Shown: in pieces, positions 50,501 to 62,500 of the stretch
How positions within the stretch are numbered: position 1 is the stretch's first letter
How the letters are laid out: the number at the start of each line of letters is the position of its first letter
Source: Lingula anatina
Lineage: Eukaryota; Animalia; Brachiopoda
Length of the DNA: 64,000 bases
Direction of reading: 5' to 3'
Assembly (NCBI GenBank): GCA_051362555.1
Contig: CM120646.1
Location: 23,002,001-23,066,000 of the forward strand
Program-made: the position numbers and the translations under genes
Notes under the pieces: model-generated
What the model was told of the DNA's origin: nothing
Seen by the model: the letters and a program-made list of their open reading frames with translations, nothing else
Databases searched by the model: none

Positions 50501-53500
50501 TTAGTTTTTAATAAGGTGTACTGTAATCTGTGTGGTGTCTGAATAAGACCGCAAATAATTTTTTTTTCGGCAAAAATTTTGTTTTTTTGAAAATTTTGGC
50601 CCGTTTAACCTTGAAATAAAGGTCAAAGGTCAAATCCAAGGGCATATTTGAAATCTACACATATGACTTTTGGAAAGCTGTCTGTAGAAAATTTCCCATA
50701 ATTCCTTCCGTAGGGGAGATAATTAGCATTTAATTTTGCCATTTTTGGACAAGGGTGCATTGCAATGAGTGCCACACCTAGACCCCAATACCGACAAAGC
50801 CCAAATTTTACGTGGAACGAGTTGAGATTATAGGTGACCTAAATCCAAGATATGGGTATGGAGGCCCTTACCGTCTAGGAGGAGAAGCGGTAACGGTGAC
50901 TTGGCGGCGGAGCCGCAGGAGCCGGCGGAGCCGCAGAAGCCAGCGGAACATACGGGTCGGGACTAAAACCATGTGTACCGCCAGCGCCTACGCTGGTGGT
51001 ACAATAAAAAAATTCTCATTGTTTGGGACATACATTTTGAAATTATTTTGGAGGCAAACCATCCTTTGATCTTAATTATGATCTGGTAGATTTTCTTTCA
51101 TCATTCTTCACTGAGTAAGACACTCTTTCTTTGTAATTTCTCACATCATTTTTTTTGCCAGTGATAAAAAATAATCTCATTTTTATTTACTTGTGCCAAA
51201 CTGCATATGATTTAATTTAAAAACAACTCATATAGGTAGCAAGCCTAAGACTACTCAACCCAGAGCAAAAACAGAAATTACTCCAGAATGAGCTCTTCTA
51301 CATTATTACTATTTCAAAATGATAACTTTTAAATTCTAAATGTGAATTAAATTTAAGCTCATTATTAAGACACTTCTCAATGTCACTGACACTGGAACTG
51401 CAAGCTCTAAGTACTTACAGTCCTGGCAGAGTGTTCCTCCCCATCCCACAGAACATCTACTTGTACAGGCACCTGTTTCCTTATTACACACCTCATTGCT
51501 GTCTCTACATCTACAGTCCTTGTCACAGTTGTTCTGGCCATCAAAGCGGTAATCAGGACATTCTATATGATTGAAAAGACAAGGTCGTTTTGATTTTTAA
51601 ATTATAAACCAAAGCAGTGGCATCACAGAATGGGACTGTTGCAGAAATAAACTACGAGCAAAATAGTTTTATACTTGGGTTTATACATGTAACTGGAAAA
51701 TAAATTCATGATCACATCAAATACAAGCTTAGTATACTTGGATGAAGATAAAAAGCCCTTGCCCACAAAAGGAAAGACCATTTGGAAATTTTGGAATAAT
51801 CATGCATTTCTTAAATCTAACTTTAATGTCACACACCTGTACTCACCACATTTTCTTATATCACAGTAAATAACTCTCATGTCATTAGTAATACAAAAGG
51901 GTTTACTTATTGGAAGCCCTTTAAAATTCCTGCAGTAGTTCTTTGCTAAGTGTAAGTTCATTTCAGGAACATGATCATCCTTTATGAAAAACCCATATAT
52001 GGGATTAGTCCACAATCTACATGTTGATGTGCCATCTCCTGATACCTTCCCAGCATATTGGATGCCCCCTTTCCCTTCATTATCACAGCAGTCATAATAG
52101 CATGTTGAATCTTAAAGAAATATAATACCAGCAGACTGTTACAGATTGTAAAATTTATCCCAAAATATTTTAAATACAAGGCTACCATTTACTAGTATAT
52201 CTATAATTTTCCAATTAGAAATTTCTCTTTTCCCATTTGTCTAAAGCCAGCATTGGTGCAAATCATCATTTTGTAATCATGCATTTAATAATGATTGATT
52301 TGGCTATAGCCTTAATGTGGCCTCAAAATATTTCAATATGTTAGAATATACTTGAGCTCTTTACAGAGAGTTTGTTATTTTCTTGATGTTATTACAACAG
52401 TTTATCAACTAGAGGATCAGAGAGGCGATACCGCCTCCTGGTATTGTACCACCAGCTGGAGTATGAGCATTCATATGGGAAGGAAAAAGAAGGGGGAGGG
52501 GTTGTGTCACTAGTTGACGATCTTTCTAAACAAAAGCCATTGAATGAATATATGATTGCAACGATCCCCCACTGAGAATACGAAAATTACGTTCTTCCTT
52601 GCTTTTTGGCCAACGAAGACTCAAATATGAAAATCGCGTCCTCATCTCTTTCGCATTGGGAATGAACTTTCGCTAACAATTTGAAAGTTGTCTTTTTTGT
52701 CTGCCAGTTTTAGAGATAAAATGGAAAAAAATTTGCAAAGTTCAGTTCATGGTGAAAAGTAGGTCAAAGGTCAATTTCAAGGTCACATTTAGATGGCCAG
52801 TGTATGACTTCCTATTCAAGTTCAATAGTAACTATGGACCTATCTCTGCCAGTTTTGGAGATATAAGGGACTAAATGTTATAATTTTAGAGTTCCCATAA
52901 TGTGCCATAAATTTCCTACAGAAAAAATTAAAATAAAGAAAAGGTCATTTTGGTCAAAATTCTTGAAATGGGAGGTACTCTGAAGTTCCAAAAGTTCAAA
53001 TTTGATGAAATAATGTCAATTATGACCACAAGTTGTCTGCTTTGCCAAGCCTTATGTTTTATTTTTCCAGAGTTCAAAATTTATTATCCATTACTAGTCA
53101 GGCGGTTAAGTCCAAATTATATCCAGAAAGATGAAAAAGATGATAAAAGCATGAAACTTTCCACGATGAATATTTAAGAAAGCCGCTCATCCGAGTACTA
53201 ATGAATTTTGGAGTTGCCCCTCGATCCAAAAAAGACAAACACCCAATGGTCATTCATCGTGGAAAGTTTCATGCTTTTATCATCTATTGCACAATTTTTT
53301 GGCTTAGCCGCCTCACTATACCGTACTGCACATTTTGCTTTCACCACCAATATGTACTTTTTGATAGCGTAACTCGAAAACCATTTGGAATACAAAAAAA
53401 ACAGAGACCACCTCCAGTGTTGGGCTCTACATGCTCTACAAAATGCAAAAAAGAATGGGTCTCTAGCATTAACAGTCCCCGAATTAGAGACAGTTTTCAG

Positions 53501-56500
53501 TTTCGGCATCTTATGGCTGCTACTCCCGTGAAAATGCACCGATTGACCCCAAATTCACGGAGATGAAAGATGACCTGAAGGGTAACACTTTCCAATAATA
53601 TTATCGGTGTGAATAACAGGGCAAAAAAAATTTTTTTCTTAAAAAAATTTTTTTTTTGAAAATTTTGGCCTGTTTGACCTTGAAGTAAAGGTCAAAGGTC
53701 AAATCAAAGGGCATATTTGAAATCTACACATATGACTTTTGGAAAGCCGTCAGTAGAAATTTTTCCCATAACCCCTTCCGTTGGGTAGATAATTAGCATT
53801 TAATTTTGCCATTTTTCGACAAGGGTGCATTGCAATGAGTGCCACACCCAGACCCCAATACCGACAAAGCCCAAATTTTACGTGGAACGAGTTGAGATTA
53901 TAGGTGACCTAAATCCAAAAGATGGGTACGGGGCCCTTACCGTCTAGGAGGAGAAGCGGTAACGGTAGACGTCCGGCGGAGCTGGCGGACAATCCGGATG
54001 GGACCGAAACCATGTGTACCGCCAGCGCTAGCGCTGGTGGTACAATAAGTATTCTATTGTTTACCAGACATGAATTTAGATTTTAAAAAAATCTTGAGTA
54101 TTTATCATGGGACCCACCCCAAGATTTTATTGCAAATCTTGACGAATCTCAGGAAGCATCAGAAATGAATAAAAAAAAAATGCAGAATTCTGAGTTTCCG
54201 TGGAAAAAGCTCGTGTCTGGCTAACCTAGCAAGCATCCAGGTCCCCAGTTGTTTCCAGCACAACCACTAGGACAGAAGCCAGTTTTTTTGTCACACACTT
54301 CTCCATCTGTAGCACACTGGCACTGAAACTTGCAATGCCAGCCAAAGTAGCCATCAGCACATTGGTAGGGGACATAGATCTCTGCAATAAAATGGAAAAT
54401 AATCAAAATATGTGAATCTGACTGTGCACCATTAAGTAAAAAAATATATAAAATAGCAAAATGCCAATAATGAATTTTTAGCAAATGTAAAAATGTTTCA
54501 TACAAATGCAAAAATAAAGTTTTATACCGTTATCATTTCACGATGCTTGAAAATGTAAATATTTTATATATCCAAGGATGTAAAAATAAAAAAATACGTA
54601 AATGTAAACAGGGCAGCAAAGATTTGAAATGCACAAACAAAAAGCAGGAAATAATTGCGCAAAAATAGGTTATTTTGTCAGTTTTGATGCAATATAACAG
54701 CAAAATCAACATTATGCACAACTCATCAGGTAACTCATCAGGCTAGTAACTAGATTTAACGCCATAATGAAATCTGCAGCAGACAAATCACTATGTTGCA
54801 TTAGGCAATTGAAAAGGAAACGACCAGTAAGAAAAAAAAGTGTGGTACACAAAATCTCTGCTAGAAATGAAACAAGAACTAAAAGCTTTAGGGAAATCTA
54901 GAAGTAAATACCCAAATGACCCAGTTGTGGTGGGGACTTTTTATAAATCCCTAAATAAATACAAGGCAGCATAGCTGTCAAATGTACAGACAAAGAACAG
55001 AAAATAAAGATGCAAATAAGTGAAAAATTAAATTTTCACAAAAAACTGTTAAATTGCCAGAAAAATTTACCAAACAGACTGCGTTGCCTATTGAAGCTGT
55101 ATGTTAGACCCATGTTTCTTTCCTGTAAGTTTGAGAACAGTAAGTGACATGATTTCCCTTAAATGGTCATCATAGGAGCAGTGCCCAAAATAGGGGTTTC
55201 TTCAAATTTTGATGCAACATTACATAATGTTTAACAGCATAATGACAATCAAATGTTATTAATAAAATATTAGTAACATGGACATTCAGAAAATGTGACA
55301 AGCAAAAGAACAGACTGCATTGCCTACTGAAGCTGTATTTTAGTCCCATGTTTCTTTCCTGTAAGTTTGAGAACAGTAAGTGACATGATTTTCCTTAAAT
55401 GGTCATCATGGAAGCAGTGCCCAAAATAGGGGTTTCTTCAAATTTTGATGCAATATTACATAATGTTTAACAGCTTAATGACCATCAATTTTTAATTATA
55501 AAATATTTGTTTCACAGATATTCAGAAAATGTGACTAGCAAAGGTCTTCAGGCCCATGGAACTTCAAAGTCACGCCTTGAAAATGCCAAAATGTAAACAA
55601 GACAGCACTGTTCTGAAATGGGTTTATTTCCATTTTTAACACTTTTTTAACATAAAACAAAATAAACATTTTACTACCATTTTATATGACCAACTAAGAA
55701 AATTGATGAGATGGGAAAAGTATCAATAGAACAGTGTTAAATGTCCAATTTCCTCCATTCTGAGATTCTGAACATAGTGGATGATTGAATCTGACAAACT
55801 GCAATGATATGAGTTTATTTCCATTTTTGACACTTTATTACACAATACATGATAACAAGTTTACCATCATTTTTACATAATCAACTAACAATGTTGTAAA
55901 GATGCAGGAAATATCAAACAAACACTTTTAGGCATCTTATTAGTTAAATAATGAGACTGTTAACATGCCTAATAATTGAATCTGAGGAAATGTGAAAAAC
56001 AGTATAACTTCTAAAATAATGGCCTGATTATGCTGATTTTCGAACTCAACCTGCGTTTTAGTAAGATTGACCACTCCTGTGAGTATGATTACAATTGGCC
56101 AATCCGTTTTTCTTATATTGTGTTATCAGTGTTGTATTTATATTGAAAATAGTGAAAAAACAGCATAAATTCCCTAAAAATGGCCCAATCATGCTGATTT
56201 TCGAACTTGACCTGCGTATTATGAATATTCATCAGTTCTGTAAGTTTCAAGGCAAAAGGTAAAATGGTTTTCCACTTATCGTGTTATCGGTGCTGCATAT
56301 ATACTGAAAAAAGTGAAAAAACAGCATAAATTCCCTAAAAGTGACCCGATCATGCTGATTTTCGAACTTGACCTGCGTATTATGAATATTCATCAGTTCT
56401 GTAAGTTTCAAGGCAAAAGGTAAAATGGTTTTCCACTTATCGTGTTATCGGTGCTGCATATATGCTGAAAAAAGTGAAAAAACAGCATAAATTCCCTAAA

Positions 56501-59500
56501 AGTGACCCGATCATGCTGATTTTCGAACTTGACCTGCGTATTATGAATATTCATCAGTTCTGCAAGTTTCAAGTCAAAAGGTAAAATGGTTTTCCACTTA
56601 TCGTGTTATCGGTAAAAGTGCACGGCGACGACGGCGACGACAGACGCAGATGATGGCAATATGTACAGACACATCTGTGTCTGTACATAACAAAAGAACC
56701 TGCAAAAAAGCCTCTTATGAATATAAGGCGAGCCTCCTTGAAAAACTTCAAAATATGGAAGGGAAAGATCCAAAGGCTTTTTGGCAAACTGTACAAGATC
56801 TAAACACTAGTTAAAATAAATCAAATTCTACAGAGCATGTTGATCCCCTAACTTTTTTTGAACATTTTAAAAAACTCAGCAGCAGTGCTGATTTAGGCAA
56901 ATACGACGACAACTTTAAACAATGCTTGAGTCTCAGTTGCCAGTAAAAAGAGGCTGAAAATGCAAATTTTGACAGTTTAGATCATGAAATAACACAAGCT
57001 GAAATACTTAAGCTAATCAAGACTCTAAGGACAGGCAAATCTCCGGGTGAAGATAGACTCACCAATGAAATGCTGAAAGCTAGTACGGCAATCATAGTAC
57101 AAGTACTGCATAAACTATTCAATGCAGTATTTTTGAGTAAACAATACCCAAAAATATGGAATAAAAGTTTCATTGTTCCCCTTCATAAATCTGGTGATCC
57201 CAGTAATGTAGACAATTACTGCAGTATCTCTATATCAAGTTGTGTAGGAAAATAATATAATTCTATTCTGCTTTCAAGACTGAAAAAGATATGCTCACAA
57301 CAGAGTGTCCCTCAACCCAACCAAACTGGTTTCATGGAAGGACATAGCACCTCCAATAACTTATTTGTCCTGAAATCTATAGTCACGAAGTTAACAAGAT
57401 CTAGGAAATGTTTATATGCCTGCTTTGTAGATATGAGTAAAGCTTTTGATAGTGTATGGAGGAAAGGTCTCCTCTATAAATTACTAAAACTCAACGTAGG
57501 GGGAGCATGTGCAAAAACTTTCAATGGCTTAACTGATTGTTTTCCAACGATGAAAGGTGTCAAGCAGGAAGACACTCTCTATATTTGTGGATGATATTGT
57601 AATGCGAAGCAGCCGTCCGACTCGAGTTGGCGACGACACCCCGACGCGGTGTGGGATTGATTTTATCTGTTCCTTGGGGAAAGTCTATCCCCAACCCTCG
57701 GAAATAAAAAAAACATGTATTACATTTCCAATATGATTATTAAAACTCCAAACATTGAATACAAAAATTAATGCAATATAAACGTGACTTATGGCCACAA
57801 TAGTTCATGCACTTCCAAATATCCTTTGACGTGACTTATGGTCATCAAAGTTCATAACTTTCAAATGTTGCGCGCGATGACAGCATCTGGGTAGTAAAAC
57901 GAAGACAACGAAGACATTTCTGGTAGTGTTGTGGCTCGCGTAGTCTTCCTATGGGTAACGCAGCGGTTTCCGTAGATCGCGTATCTTCTCATATGGATTA
58001 TCGTATGTAGTCATCTTATGGCAGCGTCGTGGCTCACGTAATCTTCTTATGGGTAGCACAGCGGTTCCCGCAGATCGCGTATCTTCTCATATGGATTATC
58101 GTACGTAGTCATCTTATGGTTGCATCGTGGCTCGTGTAGTCTTCTTATAGTAGCGTCGTGGCTGCTGACGAACCCGACGGCTTATAGTGAAGTGGTCAAG
58201 AAATGATCTCAGCACTAACCGCCGACAGGCTCAAACACGTTATTTTCTTAGTTGTCCGTTCCGTTATTCTCTCTTCAAGATGTTGTCCTTATGGTAGAGA
58301 GCTCATACCGCATCGCACGGCCGCAGTCGCTAGGGGAATCCAAGTCAGCTCTCAGTGTGCACCCTCTCCCGACAGCCCGATTCCAGCTTCACCAGCTCTG
58401 ATGTGGACGCGGCGATACTCTCTACCAGAAATACGCTAGGGTGCGGATCAAGTGATACCAACTCAATACTGACAATCTTTCCGGTCACCAGTGACGAGGG
58501 CGCAGGGGATCGACGCGGCCTTCAAACCAATCAGTGGAGATCTTGGCGGCGATGAAACCCTTTGACTCGAGACCAGTGATCGTTGGCACCGAAAGAGCAA
58601 GGTTAATCTTCGCATATCACAAGCCCACATTTTCCACTCCCTGGGCACCGTCTGTTCCGTGTGAAATCTCCGAAATCGCATGGGCGGGGACGGGGGGTTC
58701 GCAGGGAAGTACCTTAAGGGATCAGCCTGCTACGGCCTTTTGTCCCATGGCAGGGGTTGGACAATCTTCACCACGTCTCCGTTTCTAAGGTCACAGTCGG
58801 CTGGCATCCACTCGACTCCTCCGGATGGACACACTGAACTAAAGAAACAAAAGCAAAATCTGCCCCTTCACACGGGGTAACTCGACTCCCTTCACACGGG
58901 AGGAACACTCTTGGGCTGGAACTCGGCATCAGACCCAAGTGGACATCCGCTCTACTATGGCGCCCCGGACCCGGCCGGCTTTTCACCCGGGGTCGTCATA
59001 CACAATAATTGCAACATCCTTGGCACAGCTCTACCAAGGGGTCCCAGACCGTTATGCTGCATAAGCCCATGGCCCGGAAGACACTGAAGAGGTTCTGCCC
59101 AGCCAACTGTTAACTCAAAGAAACTCAAATCACGTTGATTAGTAATCTTAACCGGAGAGTAACTCTCCCACTATGCACTGTGCTAAACACTGGTTATTCG
59201 ACTATTAAATTTTCTTCTTACAATGGTCTTATATCTTAGCATTGTCTACACTAGCTAGAGAAATTTAAAGAGGTCCCTAACTCCCTCTAAAAGACTCACT
59301 ATGCCAACCTTGTCTTTCCATAGCCGACATAGATTGCCAGCGTGCATACCATTATTTCCTTAAAAACCGCCCTCCCCTACAAAGTCTTATAACTTTAGAT
59401 AAATACGGTTAAATCTCTCCCCCCATATACTATCGTAACAACTTATCATGCGTACAGTAAAATCCTCCCCCCATATACTAGGGTAACACTGAACACTGAT

Positions 59501-62500
59501 TCCATTAGTAGATAACACAAAACAAGGACCTAGCGTTAAGTTACGCTATAGTTAAACTAAGCTTCATCGCAAGCGCAAAATCTGACCATACATGTACGTC
59601 GTTATATCTAAATCAAACAACATGCCTTAACTATGACTGGAATGACGTGGTCATTGGATGACAACATGGAATGACTGACGTTGTCTCTGAAGACAACATA
59701 ACGTTGTCACTAACAGACAACAGAACTTAACTATAAATGAAATAACGTGGTTAATAGATGACAACATGGAATAACTGACGTTGTCTTTGAAGACAACATG
59801 ACTTAACTATGACTTAAATGACGCAGTCATTAGGTGACAACATGGAATGACTGACGTTGTCTCAGACTACAACATGACGTTGTCTCTAAAAGACGACCTA
59901 ACTTAATTATGACTTAAATGACGCGGTCATTAAATGACAACATGGAATGACTGACAACATGACGTTGTCTCTAAAAGACAGCCTAACTTAACTATGACTG
60001 AAATGGCGTGGTCACTAGATGACAACATAGAATGAATGGCTACATTGGAATAAAGTTTCCGTAAAACTTCTACGTCAATCTACCGTTCAATCTACCAAAC
60101 ATTTTAATCTCTAAAATAAGACCCCCCTAAAAATGAGAAGAAAAATGGAGCGGGCTGTGGAATCCTGCATAAATTCCACATTGTGTAGTCATAGTTAATC
60201 AACATGTTATTATCTAATTTGCGTCTGTCCTGTATACATTTAAATATTATTTTCTGTAAAGGCCCATAGGTAGGCCTATGCTTGAGACAGATGCATATCA
60301 CCTGTTAATATTGCACAACAATTAGTATGTAAATAAGTAGCAGCCACATGTACACGTATGTAAATAAGAAGCAGCCACATGTACACATAGATTCCCTGTA
60401 GATAATCTGTATATAACTTGAAACTTGTCCATAATAAAGACACTTTTGATCTGAGACTGAAGATGTGAGGTTGTTCTGTTATGCTTCTCTGTGCACGTAA
60501 AGTGAAAGACTGAGTCGAATCTGGAGTCATGTCGGAGCCCATAGATTAGTTAATTCGTTAATGGAAATTGATACACTGGAATTCAGTACAGTTATAAATT
60601 AAAGTTAAAGTCATTTTAGACGGTTCACAACAGGGCTAGCCCCTAGGGGCTGCCCTAACGCTTACTGATAACTCTCTTCTTAGTCCGGTCTCAGTCTGTA
60701 TTCGAATCTGTAAAACGCTCGCTGTCTCGAATCTGTGAAAAACGCTCTCTTTCATACAGCGCGCCACTCTATTTATACTCTGACGTGGCGACGTCATCAG
60801 TCGCGCGAAGCGCGAGCTTCGCGTACGGCGTAGGTCAACCTGAAGTGGCATATATGGCGGCTTCCATGCATCGTCGATGCACTGTATCGGTAGTTTTGTC
60901 ATCTTTAGATTAAAGTTTCTTACAATTGACAGAAATAATTGTAGTAGGGGGGATCAAATAAAGGTGGAGGGCAGGTACATAACCGCTAACCCTTCCAAAG
61001 TGAATTTCTGAAGAGATTAGGTGAAAATGTTGTATTGGAATGCAAAACGGAGGGGGGGACGTTACAACATGTAAAAGCTCGTTGATGATGTCAAAAGTGA
61101 TTCTCCCATAATAAACAACAAACCTGTCACAGGTCTCTTCTACGCGGACAATCTTGTTCTGCTGTCAACTAGTGCCTCTGTCTTAATTGTGTAAAAGCTT
61201 ACTGTTTTACATGGAGACTCTTAATAAATCTTTCTAAAACAAAAATTATTATTTTCAATAGCAAGGGAAAGGTACTGAACAACCAGGTGCAGTGCAAAGA
61301 AAATTTTTTTCTCTATAACAGTCAGTTAACAATAGTTCCCAGTTACATGTACCTTGGTATTCTCTTTACAAGATCAGGTAATTACAGAGCTGCTTAATGG
61401 AACTTATACAAAAGGGCACAGAAAGCTCTCTTCAGTCTGAAAAGTTATATGCCACTATGTAGTAGTATATCGTCCTCACTTAAAGAAAAATTATTTGACA
61501 CTATGATCATACCAGTGGCTACATATGCTGTTGAAGTTTGGGGCTCCTCAAGAATCACCGACAAATCTCCGGTAGAAAAAATCCATTTACGCTTTTGTAA
61601 AGAACTCTTAGGTGTACATTCTTAAAGTACAAACCAAGCTGTCAGAGGAGAACTGGGTAGGCTACCAGTATCCTTCAAAATCCAAACACAACTTATAAAA
61701 TTTTGGCAAAAAATATTAAACTTGGAAGATAATAGTTTGTTGAAACAGGCCTACCTTGATGAAATAGAAAATTACAAACTTTTAAACACATCCAACCTCA
61801 CAGAGATAAAGCAGGAAAACATGTCTTGGTGCGAAGGTGTGAGACAAATACTTTTTGAGAACGGTTTTGGTGATGTGTGGCTAGATGATAAAAACTTTAT
61901 CTAGCGGTTTAGGGAAAGAATCAGGGACAGAATAACACAAGAATGGCAGAGAGATATAACCAACACCAAGTCCAAATTGCAAGTTTATTGTCAATACAAG
62001 AACAAATGTTTGAAGGAAAGATACTTAGACACAATTAAAGATAGAGATATAAATGCAGCACTTGAACCAGATTCCTCATAAGTGCACACAACCTACATAG
62101 GTATTGAAACAGGTAGACATGAAAAAATTCCCCAAGCAGACAGAATTTGCAAAAAGTGCCATTCTGGCGAAATAGAAGATGAAATCCATTTCCTAGTGTC
62201 ATGCCCCCTTTATAGACCTCCGATATGATCTTTATTCAGTATACAAAAAACAACATAGTAACTTTGAGCATCTTATCAGAATGGATAAATTTAAAACACT
62301 TATGACTGGTAAGGAGAATGAACATATTATTGCTCTTGCCAAATATTTATGGTTAGCCTTCCAAAAAAGGGACTGTGCTGCACCCATTACCAGTTGAGTA
62401 GGTAGAGCCATTTGGGCTCTGCCAAATATGTTTTGTATTTTTTATACAAGGAGTCGTACAATATCACTATTTAACTTAATTCATATTTATTTATATTTGC

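Larger units (their letters stand above)
46750..51004 (-). mobile_element. HINE family A copy 3, carrying two L2 fragments
   Basis: Both termini intact; empty site in copy A (agaataa|ataaaaa, about 7827) shows no TSD; 146-bp arrays at about 46965-47406 and 48530-49270. Confidence 0.78.

Noticed and set aside
58203-58986. Cluster of short GC-rich ORFs
   Set aside because: Overlapping on both strands, under 90 aa, no recognisable motif; expected in GC-rich sequence.
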